From Patescibacteria group bacterium (GTDB lineage: Bacteria; Patescibacteriota; Patescibacteriia; UBA2591; JAQUPP01), in assembly GCA_041649955.1 (NCBI GenBank), contig JBAZMD010000001.1, forward strand, positions 68,079-132,078: 64,000 nucleotides of DNA, given 5' to 3'. Positions within the stretch are counted from its first letter, which is position 1; each line of letters starts with the position of its first letter. Under the pieces are notes generated by a model. The model was not told where the DNA came from and searched no databases. It saw only the letters and a list, made by a program, of their open reading frames with translations. Shown here one piece after another: positions 56,574 through 64,000 of this stretch. The translations under genes and the position numbers were made by a program.

Positions 56574-56969
56574 TTATATTTGACATCCGGGATATCGCTC
56601 TGTGGGGATTCTTTCCCCGCCATTGTGATTTTGCGTCATTGCAATCTTTCGTTCAATGTTATCGCACCTTATACATTGAACACTGCCAAGTTTTTGAACC
56701 AATCGCAGAAATATACAGCAATCTTTCCCTCTGCCTCCTCCGCATTTTTTGATGTCGGTGATCTTTATTTCTTTTTCAAGTTCTATAACTTTCAGTTCAT
56801 CAGTTTTTACCGCTATTGCCGCAATAATGCCATCTCCAAAAAACAACACCGCTGTTTCGTCCAAATTGCAATGAGAAAATACACCTTGTATCGGACCTAC
56901 TAAATTACCACAACTGATACCTTCCATTCCTTTATAGGATACTACTGTTTGTTTCGGAATTTGTTCCAT
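56574..56969 (-). CDS. Cys-rich hypothetical protein (131 aa)
   Basis: SD AAGGAGGTG. Cys clusters GISCGN, FSHCNLD and CGGGRGKDCC...CIRCDN. Confidence 0.45.
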   Translation of the reverse strand: MEQIPKQTVVSYKGMEGISCGNLVGPIQGVFSHCNLDETAVLFFGDGIIAAIAVKTDELKVIELEKEIKITDIKKCGGGRGKDCCIFLRLVQKLGSVQCIRCDNIERKIAMTQNHNGGERIPTERYPGCQI

Positions 56970-57034
56970 TCATCCCACCTCCTTTTAAAAGATGCTTTTA
57001 AATCCTTAATTATTAGATTTAATTTGTTACTATT

Positions 57035-57063
57035 ATTTAAGCAAATTTTTTGATTTTTGTCAA
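57035..57063 (-). promoter_or_regulatory. conserved promoter (GGGGTTGACAAAAATCAAAAAATTTGCTTAAATAATA)
   Basis: Seen directly. Confidence 0.5.
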
Positions 57064-57078
57064 CCCCTATTACAAAAA

Positions 57079-57825
57079 TTATTCTTTGACCAATTCAACA
57101 GACAAGCTTTCAAGAGGGATTCCTTGATATTGCTTTTTGCTTATCTCTTTATTTTCCAATAAAATATTGGCAATAAATCCCACTTTTTTTATTTTATTCA
57201 AATAATCTTCTTTTAATAACGCTCCTGCCACGCAACCGGATAATAACTCTTCATTATTTCTTTGCTCGTCCGATAATTCTTTTAATAAAACAATATCAGA
57301 AACATACATTCTGCCTCCTCTTTTCAAAACCCTATAAGCTTCTTTAAACGTTTTTTCTTTATCCGGAGTAAGATTTATGACGCAGTTTGTTATTATAACA
57401 TCCACGGTATTGTCTTTAATCGGCAGATTTTCTATTTCTCCTAAAATAAATTCTAAATTTTTTAAATTATTATTTTTGGCGATTGATTTTGCTCTTTCAA
57501 CCATTGCCTCGGTCATATCTATTCCGATAACTTTGCCGTTTTCACCAACTTTTTTTGCGGCCAAGAAACAATCAATACCAGCCCCTGATCCCAAATCCAA
57601 AACCGTATCCCCTTCTTTTATCTTGCTTAGAGCTACCGGATTCCCGCAGCCAAGACCAAGATTCGCGCTCCCTGCTACTTTGAGATCATTTTCCGAATAT
57701 CCTATATCTTTTGAAATATTAACGCCTTTTCCGCAACTACAGCTGCAACCGCATTGAGAACCGCTCTTCGCCAATTCTTCATATTTACTTTTTACGATTT
57801 GTTTTATATCTTTAGAATTTTTCAT
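57079..57825 (-). CDS. arsM: arsenite S-adenosylmethionine methyltransferase-like (ArsM-type) methyltransferase
   Basis: 248 aa. N-terminal Cys cluster CGCSCSCG, motif I VLDLGSGAGID, and downstream Cys ITNCVINL. Confidence 0.65.
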   Translation of the reverse strand: MKNSKDIKQIVKSKYEELAKSGSQCGCSCSCGKGVNISKDIGYSENDLKVAGSANLGLGCGNPVALSKIKEGDTVLDLGSGAGIDCFLAAKKVGENGKVIGIDMTEAMVERAKSIAKNNNLKNLEFILGEIENLPIKDNTVDVIITNCVINLTPDKEKTFKEAYRVLKRGGRMYVSDIVLLKELSDEQRNNEELLSGCVAGALLKEDYLNKIKKVGFIANILLENKEISKKQYQGIPLESLSVELVKE

Positions 57826-57952
57826 AATTTAATTTTGCTTATAATATTTTATATTTTTAGTATAGCAAATTTAAATAAAAAAATATAGCAGCTTGTTTTG
57901 AATAAATTTTAAATGGGGAAAAGCTTTTGCCTTTCCCCATTTCCTTCAATTA

Positions 57953-58384
57953 TTATTTTCTAAATGTCAGAGAAGAGAAGAAAGCAGGCAAGGCCTCAAT
58001 AATACGGCGCCGAAAATCAGCCTCTACTTCTAAAAATGGTTTCTCTTCTTGGATAGCCACTTTTAACATCCCGAATGTATTACCAATTAGAGCTCGGTGA
58101 CCCATTTCGTCTTCTACTTCCTTAAGTTCATCCTGATATTTCTGAAGTCCTAATTTGATGCTCATTACCAAACCATCTATCCTGGCAGGCTGATTTGAGA
58201 ATTTAACAATTTGCAAGACCTGGTATATATGTTTTAAGGTATCTTCCTGAATCCGCTTAACTTCTACTGTATAAAAATTACTATTTTTTTGGGCTAACCT
58301 TAATACATCTTGTTCTCTTTCCAGAATTTCTTTTATCTCTTCCCACTGTTTTTGATAAAGAACTTCTTTGCTCATTTCAATCAC
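57953..58384 (-). CDS. hypothetical protein
   Basis: The ORF-track start is GTG. The SD-supported start is the ATG at 58375 (AAGGGGGTGATTGAA-ATG, MSKEV...). Confidence 0.45.
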   Translation of the reverse strand: MIEMSKEVLYQKQWEEIKEILEREQDVLRLAQKNSNFYTVEVKRIQEDTLKHIYQVLQIVKFSNQPARIDGLVMSIKLGLQKYQDELKEVEDEMGHRALIGNTFGMLKVAIQEEKPFLEVEADFRRRIIEALPAFFSSLTFRK

Positions 58385-58405
58385 CCCCTTTTTTTAATTA
58401 TTTAA

Positions 58406-58434
58406 AATATATCATAATTTTTACTTTTTGTCAA
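58406..58434 (-). promoter_or_regulatory. promoter TTGACA-17-TATATT
   Basis: Seen directly. Confidence 0.45.
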
Positions 58435-58475
58435 GACATTTTTGAATAATAAAAAAAGATTTAAAGAATCTAGTT

Positions 58476-59066
58476 TTATACAGTGGCATCTCTCCTTTCT
58501 TTCACAAATCCTATCCGCTTGTTTTGTGCTGTCATTTTTATAAAGTAAGCGAGCGTTTTTTTATACATATCCATATGGTGCTGTTTGCGATCCTCAATAT
58601 ATGCAATTCTAATGCGCCGATATGAGAGCGGAAATGCTTGAAAATATTTCCAAGCATTCTTATTCCTCCGCAACGCCTTATAAATATCTTTGGGAACTGC
58701 AAATTTATTAGTTTCATCTATTTTCGGATTGAATGCATGCGCGATAGCTTTAAGTCCATATTTTGTCATCTTTTTTTCTTTTATGAGCTCATATATGCGC
58801 TCTCTATTCATCTGCGAAAGCCCGCTTCTTGATTTGCGCGGTGAAAAACGTTGCGCAAAACGCTCTTTGTCAATCTTTTTAACAGTGCTGTCAATCCACC
58901 CATAGCAAAGAGCTTCCAGGACCGCATCGTCATATGAAATACGAGGTTTCCCGGTTTCTTTGCGATAATATATAAGCCATATTTCTTTTTGGTTTTTATG
59001 ATTTTTTATCAGCCATTTCCGCCAATTTTTCCTATTGGTTACGTAAAGTGTATTTTTAATTTCCAT
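58476..59066 (-). CDS. YdeI/OmpD-associated family (bacteriocin-protection-like) protein
   Basis: 196 aa. WRKWLIKNH...EIWLIYYRKETGKPRISYDDAVLEALCYGWIDS...QRFSPRKSRSGLSQMN matches the family pattern. Confidence 0.6.
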   Translation of the reverse strand: MEIKNTLYVTNRKNWRKWLIKNHKNQKEIWLIYYRKETGKPRISYDDAVLEALCYGWIDSTVKKIDKERFAQRFSPRKSRSGLSQMNRERIYELIKEKKMTKYGLKAIAHAFNPKIDETNKFAVPKDIYKALRRNKNAWKYFQAFPLSYRRIRIAYIEDRKQHHMDMYKKTLAYFIKMTAQNKRIGFVKERRDATV

Positions 59067-59156
59067 ATTTTTATAATATCATTTTTTGTTCAAAAGTACC
59101 AGATTTAAAAAAAATCAGGGGCGAACATAAGTTCGCCCCTTTATAATTCTCTCCTT

Positions 59157-60914
59157 TCATTTAAGATTATCGTTTATCGCTTTATAAGCCTTTTGAATAT
59201 TCCAGCCATCTCTATTACAGAGATGGTAAACAAAATTGTGGAGTTCTTTAAGATCGTATTCATCGTAGATAGAAATAAGCTTTCGAGTAAGAACAAAAAG
59301 ATGTTCTGCTATCAAATCATTGTCTGTCCTTTTTGTATCCACGTGAAGTTTCCCGCTTTCTGTGACCGTGATAATACTTGCGGCCATCAGCTTATTCAAA
59401 ATTCCCATGCATTCGTTGACGTATGGAGCCACGGTTGGATTATTAAAATTACTCTGTTCCAACATTCTGATTAAGTGAGAAATAATCATGGCAGCAAGAC
59501 TTGAGAAAGCTTCTTTTCTAATTTCATCACTGAGCGAACCATTTTCAATTGCCTGACGAACCCCTTCAATATCAAGCAGTGTTGCTTTCATTTCCTCAAC
59601 CTTTGACTTATTATCGCCAAAGACCTCAATTAAACGTTCATTAATACAGAAACAATGTCCAAATTCGTGGCCAAAGACGTCCAAGTAAGCGAATTCTTCT
59701 TTCAAAAATTTCATGGCCCAAGTTGAACTTTCCGGGTCAAGCACTTTTTGAATAAGACTCTGAAATCCGTGAAAACGCTGTTTCATGGATTCTTGATCTA
59801 AAAAAACTTTCATTCCCAGTGCTTGCGCTTCCGGATAATTTGGCACTGACTGACCGGCTAAACGAAAATCAATATTGGAACCGCTAGCCAAAATAGTCAG
59901 AAAAACTCCCACATCAGTTCTCTTAATCTTTTCAACGGCCCTTGGGTCAAATTTCTTTGCGAGATCGCTCATTTCTTTGCGCATAAGACCCAATTCTTTC
60001 GCATGACAACCTGTTCGCCATAATAAACGGTATTCCGGCGCTACGCGAATTGGAACCTCATAATCACTTTCCATCATATGAACAGGAATAAGACGACGGT
60101 CAGAACTGATTTCTATCCATTTTTTATCAACTTCTATCCAAAGAGTTTCCATTTGTTCCAAATCCTTATTAATCAAAGCAGTGCGAAGTGCTAAAAAATA
60201 TTCCCGATAATCAGTATCATCCGGCAAATTCTTTGCCAGTTGTTTTAGAATCTTGGCAATTCCATTAATTTCAATCGGAAACATCTCGACAAGCGGAATT
60301 TGTTTTGCCTTTTCAATTTGCTTTGCAGTAAGCGGTTTGGTATAAGGATTATTTGGACCCCTGGCAAGTACTGAATACTTATCGGTTTTCCCAAATTTTT
60401 GAATCAATTCCTTAAGTTCATCCGCACTCAACTTGCTTGTCCGAAACGGAATGACAACCCATTTCCACCACTTGCTGAAAAGATCATCAAAAAGCGTGCC
60501 TATTTTGTATCCGGCCTCGGCAATAAAATTTTCTTCATCAAACGCCAAAATATTAGGGCATGCCATACAGACATCTTTTAGGGCTGCGTGAATCGCATCC
60601 TGACATGGACGGACGACCAGCGAATAAAAAAATGACAACTTAACGGCGTCATCTTTTGGCAGTTGAGCACCTGCCGTATTGGTTCTTCTGGCCGCGTATT
60701 CCACTGCCAAATCAACCGGCACATTGAAATCAATTGCAATTATAATTTTTGCAATTTGATTTCTGATTTTCTTATCATTTATAAGAAAATAGTCAACACT
60801 GTCCATCATTTCCTTGAGTACCTCTGTGGGTTCTGACAAAATAAATTCTTTCGGCCTTTCTTTCAAAATCTCAATTAACTCCGCAGAGTATTCCTTTGCT
60901 TTTTTCAAATCCAT
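59157..60914 (-). CDS. HExxH-motif protein, putative zinc metallopeptidase-like (585 aa)
   Basis: FGHEFGHCF. SD AAGGAGGTGGGAG. Confidence 0.4.
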   Translation of the reverse strand: MDLKKAKEYSAELIEILKERPKEFILSEPTEVLKEMMDSVDYFLINDKKIRNQIAKIIIAIDFNVPVDLAVEYAARRTNTAGAQLPKDDAVKLSFFYSLVVRPCQDAIHAALKDVCMACPNILAFDEENFIAEAGYKIGTLFDDLFSKWWKWVVIPFRTSKLSADELKELIQKFGKTDKYSVLARGPNNPYTKPLTAKQIEKAKQIPLVEMFPIEINGIAKILKQLAKNLPDDTDYREYFLALRTALINKDLEQMETLWIEVDKKWIEISSDRRLIPVHMMESDYEVPIRVAPEYRLLWRTGCHAKELGLMRKEMSDLAKKFDPRAVEKIKRTDVGVFLTILASGSNIDFRLAGQSVPNYPEAQALGMKVFLDQESMKQRFHGFQSLIQKVLDPESSTWAMKFLKEEFAYLDVFGHEFGHCFCINERLIEVFGDNKSKVEEMKATLLDIEGVRQAIENGSLSDEIRKEAFSSLAAMIISHLIRMLEQSNFNNPTVAPYVNECMGILNKLMAASIITVTESGKLHVDTKRTDNDLIAEHLFVLTRKLISIYDEYDLKELHNFVYHLCNRDGWNIQKAYKAINDNLK

Positions 60915-61130
60915 CTCCCACCTCCTTGTGGTTAAATTTAATTTTTTTCAATGAACAACTATTCCTCCTTTAATTTAATTATTTATATATTAATTTATTT
61001 TTTGGAAAATGTCAATATCAAAAAAAGACATTATTACTGCAGGTATTATTGATTGCACGAAAACCATTTGAATAAATTTTGAATAATAATACCGGGTTAA
61101 TCGCTTAACCCGGTAAATACTTATTTTTTA

Positions 61131-61523
61131 TTACGCCCACCTGAAAGCGGAATTTTCCAACTTCGCAATATCCTCTTTTGAGAGAACGGTCATAACCGGT
61201 CTTTCACCCCAATCAGGATTAGAAATACTGAGATATTCCAGAGAAATAGCCTGCTTACTATCGGGACTAACGAGAAGCGGCAATTCTTTTATCTCATTCC
61301 TTGTTTTCGGAAGTTTTTTAAGCACTTCCGGAAATAAACTGCAATCAGCGCAGAAAAACGGCTCATGCGACTTATGACCATTAAGCTTTACAAGAGCAGG
61401 AAGGAAACTTCCCATACCGTGTTTTTTCTCTATCAATCCACCTTTGACAATCCTCCAGCCATTAAGCTTTACGCCCTGCAATTCGCCTAATTTTTTAGGG
61501 TACTCATTTTTTAAATTTTTCAT
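61131..61523 (-). CDS. hypothetical protein (130 aa)
   Basis: SD AGGAGGTAAAG. Conserved-type promoter, with a weaker -10, at about 61545-61573. Confidence 0.4.
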   Translation of the reverse strand: MKNLKNEYPKKLGELQGVKLNGWRIVKGGLIEKKHGMGSFLPALVKLNGHKSHEPFFCADCSLFPEVLKKLPKTRNEIKELPLLVSPDSKQAISLEYLSISNPDWGERPVMTVLSKEDIAKLENSAFRWA

Positions 61524-61589
61524 CTTTACCTCCTTCTAGATAAAAAGATAACATAAAAATATTTTTTTGTCAATATCAAAAAAAGCCCT

Positions 61590-61943
61590 CTATGAAGGCT
61601 CTTTTTTAAAAATTTGCTTTTGTGCCAACAATAAACTTATTAATACTAAAATATTTAAAATCAGAGAAATGACATCAAAAATACCGACTTCATCTGTTAT
61701 TGATAATATTGCGTTAAATAGGGAGAAAATAATTGAGAATACGAAAATTATTTTAATTCTTTTTATTAATCCAAAAAGCGCAATGGCAAAAAATAAGGGT
61801 TCAAGAAATAATAATATTTTAAGTATTAAATAATTTTCGTAGGAAGCAAATTTAAAAAATGAAAAATAAACGGCGATTATGCTCCAAAAAATAATGCTTA
61901 TTATCAGAAGTATCTTGCATAAAATTAAAGGAAAAAATTTCAT
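61590..61943 (-). CDS. small integral membrane protein (117 aa)
   Basis: Three hydrophobic helices. Confidence 0.4.
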   Translation of the reverse strand: MKFFPLILCKILLIISIIFWSIIAVYFSFFKFASYENYLILKILLFLEPLFFAIALFGLIKRIKIIFVFSIIFSLFNAILSITDEVGIFDVISLILNILVLISLLLAQKQIFKKEPS

Positions 61944-61960
61944 AATTTTAACTTTCGGCT

Positions 61961-62434
61961 TTATTTTTTTCTAAAAACTTTAATTTCTGAAAGATATTTT
62001 CTGCTCAAAAAAAGAGCGCCCAGTATAATAGCCGGAATAGATATGATCATTGATTCAAAACGGGAAAGAATAAGCATCAATAATCCAATGATAAGAAAAA
62101 TAAATCCTCCCAGTCGCTCATGTTTCCATGCAACGATAATCAGTATAAGCAAAGCAAATGACGGCAATAAATGCATAAAAAGAGGTAGAATAACTCTCCA
62201 GCCGCTGTATTCAGAAAACACATCAAGCGAAAACAAAGATAAAAATACGACAAATCCAATGCTTAAAATTCTCGGCAGCCAATAAATAATTTTATTCATA
62301 TGATTAATATATTTATTTATAAAGATTGATTTAATCATAGCAAAAATGGAAAAAATAACAAGGTGAAATAAAATAGCGAATCTACGTTTGGTATTATAAA
62401 TTTTAATTATTCCATTCCTACAATTTGGCCTCAT
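61961..62434 (-). CDS. integral membrane protein (157 aa)
   Basis: Four hydrophobic helices. Confidence 0.4.
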   Translation of the reverse strand: MRPNCRNGIIKIYNTKRRFAILFHLVIFSIFAMIKSIFINKYINHMNKIIYWLPRILSIGFVVFLSLFSLDVFSEYSGWRVILPLFMHLLPSFALLILIIVAWKHERLGGFIFLIIGLLMLILSRFESMIISIPAIILGALFLSRKYLSEIKVFRKK

Positions 62435-62471
62435 TTGGAAACCGCGGCTTTAATTTAATAAAGATTAAAAA

Positions 62472-62500
62472 AACCGCCCTAATTTTCATTAGTGGCGGTT
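62472..62500 (-). terminator. hairpin AACCGCC-(16 nt)-GGCGGTT followed by T7 on the minus strand
   Basis: Seen directly. Confidence 0.5.
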
Positions 62501-62515
62501 TAAATTCGAATTTAA

Positions 62516-62758
62516 TTACATTTTAAGAAATGTCCATCCATACTTTACAAACATGCCTATCATAGCCAGGATACTTCCAAAAACCATTCCGATTCCGGCG
62601 ATACAGGTAACATTGAATGATTGATGAAATTTGGCCCAATCTTTTATAATTGGCCAGTAGCTCCCTTTTACTCCGTCTGTGAACATTGAGATAGCGAATA
62701 CTATGAATGAAAGTATCAGTATACCCAAACCCATCTTAACGAGAAAAAAATTAGTCAT
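62516..62758 (-). CDS. small membrane protein (80 aa). The ORF-track start at 62833 would lie inside its own promoter, so it is reassigned to the SD-supported ATG at 62758.
   Basis: AAAGGGGGAGAG then ATG (MTNFFLVKMGLGIL...). The promoter -10 is at 62815-62820. Confidence 0.45.
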   Translation of the reverse strand: MTNFFLVKMGLGILILSFIVFAISMFTDGVKGSYWPIIKDWAKFHQSFNVTCIAGIGMVFGSILAMIGMFVKYGWTFLKM

Positions 62759-62814
62759 CTCTCCCCCTTTATTGCTTTTTAAAAAACTATTGTTAGTTTT
62801 TATATTATATTTAA

Positions 62815-62843
62815 ATAATAGCACATTTTTCACTTTTTGTCAA
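62815..62843 (-). promoter_or_regulatory. conserved promoter TTGACA-17-TATTAT (TTGACAAAAAGTGAAAAATGTGCTATTAT)
   Basis: Seen directly. Confidence 0.55.
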
Positions 62844-62865
62844 GTGTAATTATCTCTAATTTTAA

Positions 62866-62897
62866 AAAATAACCGCTTAAATAAACGGTTATTTTTT
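62866..62897 (-). terminator. hairpin ATAACCG-TTTATTTAAG-CGGTTAT with T6 tail immediately after the tRNA
   Basis: Seen directly. Confidence 0.5.
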
Positions 62898-62970
62898 GGC
62901 TGCGGGAGATGGATTCGAACCATCATAGCCAGCTCCAAAGGCTGGAGTCCTACCATTAGACGATCCCGCA
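62897..62970 (-). tRNA. tRNA-Gln (anticodon UUG), CCA encoded
   Basis: Manual fold: acceptor UGCGGGA/UCCCGCA (U1-A72), D-stem GUCU/GGAC, anticodon stem CCAGC/GCUGG with loop CUUUGGA, T-arm GAUGG-UUCGAAU-CCAUC, discriminator G, then CCA. Confidence 0.8.
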
Positions 62971-63318
62971 ATATATATTTTATATTATTTTATTTTTAAG
63001 TATTCTTTTACCTTTCGCGGTCTTATAAAATCTTTCCATTCTATAAGCTTCATATTTATCAGGGTAATTTTCAAAATAAATTAACTTTATCGGCAACCTA
63101 CTACGAGTAGAAAAAACTTTTTTACTTTTATGTTCTATTAATCTCTTCTGTAAATTAGAAGTACAGCCTATATATAAATTATCATCTTTTAGACTTCTTA
63201 AAACATAGATTGTATGCATTGTTTTATTTACCATTAGCCTCGCCCGTAGGCAGTAGCCTACTGGCTACGGCCGTCTCACCCGTAGGTTACGACCGAGGGA
63301 GGGACGATCCCGCAATAT
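62960..63318. repeat. 16-bp direct repeat GACGATCCCGCAATAT (62960-62975 and 63303-63318) bracketing the GIY-YIG gene and a GC-rich 65-bp hairpin-rich segment
   Basis: Identical 16-mers. One copy is the 5' end of tRNA-Gln. Possible insertion signature. Confidence 0.5.
62980..63234 (-). CDS. GIY-YIG nuclease family protein (stand-alone catalytic domain)
   Basis: 84 aa. IYVLRS...LYIGCTSNLQKRLIEH...YFEN...R.E. Confidence 0.75.
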   Translation of the reverse strand: MVNKTMHTIYVLRSLKDDNLYIGCTSNLQKRLIEHKSKKVFSTRSRLPIKLIYFENYPDKYEAYRMERFYKTAKGKRILKNKII

Positions 63319-63354
63319 TCAAATTATTATAACAAATTTTAAAAATTTGGCAAA

Positions 63355-64000
63355 TTATTTACCTCGCCATTTCCAAAAATATTTAATCCCGCTGGCAATA
63401 TGAATCCATGTAATTTTAGATAATAAAGTCGGACTAGTGCTGCGTTCCGCAGAAAGCCGCTGATGGAAATGATACATATGAGCTTCGGGAAAATAATAAA
63501 CTTTTTTGCCGAATTTCCAAATCCGCCGCGCCAAATCAGTGTCTTCAAAATAAAGAAAAAATCTTTCATCAAAATAATTAATTTTTTCCAAAACTTCTTT
63601 TTTAATCATTAAGGCCGCGCCCAAAAGCCAATCCACTTCTTTTGTTTCATTGTGTTGCCAATCTGACATTAAATATCTGCCTAATTTCTTTTTCAAAAAA
63701 GGAAGTTTTCCTAAAAAAGTTCGGCGGAGAATCGGCATATACCAACAAGGAAATTGACAGCTGGAATACTGGATTGTTCCATTGGGATTTAATAGTTTGG
63801 GTCCGACCATCGCCGCTTCATTATTTTCTTCTAAAAATTTATAAAGTTTTTCCACTGAATCTTTTAAAACAATCACGTCCGGATTTAAAATTAAAACATA
63901 TTTTCCCTGAGCCAATTTAATCCCCTGATTATTCGCCCGGGCAAAACCATAATTCTTATTATTTAAAATAACCCTAAGTTTTAAAGACGGCATATTAAGT
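63355..64000 (-). CDS. family-2 glycosyltransferase, N-terminally truncated by the window edge
   Basis: GT2 mid/C-terminal motifs (NNKNYGFARANNQG, ILNPDVIV). The ORF is open to the end of the window. Confidence 0.6.
   Translation of the reverse strand, partial: LNMPSLKLRVILNNKNYGFARANNQGIKLAQGKYVLILNPDVIVLKDSVEKLYKFLEENNEAAMVGPKLLNPNGTIQYSSCQFPCWYMPILRRTFLGKLPFLKKKLGRYLMSDWQHNETKEVDWLLGAALMIKKEVLEKINYFDERFFLYFEDTDLARRIWKFGKKVYYFPEAHMYHFHQRLSAERSTSPTLLSKITWIHIASGIKYFWKWRGK

Noticed and set aside
62516-62833. ORF-track start of the 105-aa protein at 62833
   Set aside because: That start codon would lie between the -35 and -10 of the gene's own conserved promoter. An SD-preceded ATG at 62758 is consistent with the promoter. 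Similar reassignments were made for 57953-58384 (GTG start moved to ATG 58375) and 53734-54231 (TTG start moved to ATG 54135).
1-64000. CRISPR array
   Set aside because: The repeated elements found are 150-170 bp and irregularly spaced, not 25-40 bp repeats with regular spacers. No cas-like genes are present.

Overview
The window is AT-rich (about one-third GC by eye) and almost entirely minus-strand coding, with strong Shine-Dalgarno sites. Its gene content suggests a small-genome, Gram-positive-like bacterium, possibly of the CPR/Patescibacteria type; that assignment is inference. The first ~23 kb carries housekeeping genes: alr, serS, lysS, greA, a mreC-mreD-PBP2 module, rpsU-yqeY, a Na/Pi transporter and a histidine kinase / response regulator pair. 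Two giant surface proteins (2392 and 2308 aa) and several calcium-binding-repeat anchor proteins are also present. The 23.8-48 kb region is accessory-like. It contains a PLP enzyme and five class-I methyltransferase-fold genes, three of which form a paralogous family with an unusual motif. A small, strongly expressed Nif11-like protein and a stand-alone Lrp/AsnC RAM-domain protein are also there. The most unusual feature is a tight operon encoding a split PEP-synthase / rifampin-phosphotransferase-like phosphotransfer system, with one stand-alone ATP-grasp (PPDK_N) protein and three paralogous proteins carrying a C-terminal phospho-His swivel domain on novel N-terminal domains. The 48.8-63.3 kb region looks like a tRNA-Gln-adjacent accessory island. 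It holds a YknXYZ/MacAB-like efflux operon with an AbrB-type regulator and many small monocistronic genes, including ArsM-like, YdeI-like and HExxH proteins. It also has a GC-richer plus-strand secreted protein, a GIY-YIG gene flanked by a 16-bp direct repeat and a truncated GT2 gene. Two recurring non-coding signals stand out. One is a near-identical extended sigma70-type promoter (GGGG-TTGACA-AAAATCAAAAAATATGC-TATTAT) that occurs about 10 times. The other is several repeat families, including a ~155-170 bp intergenic element in five copies with a palindromic terminus and helix covariation, and a family of long-loop inverted repeats with conserved C-rich termini.
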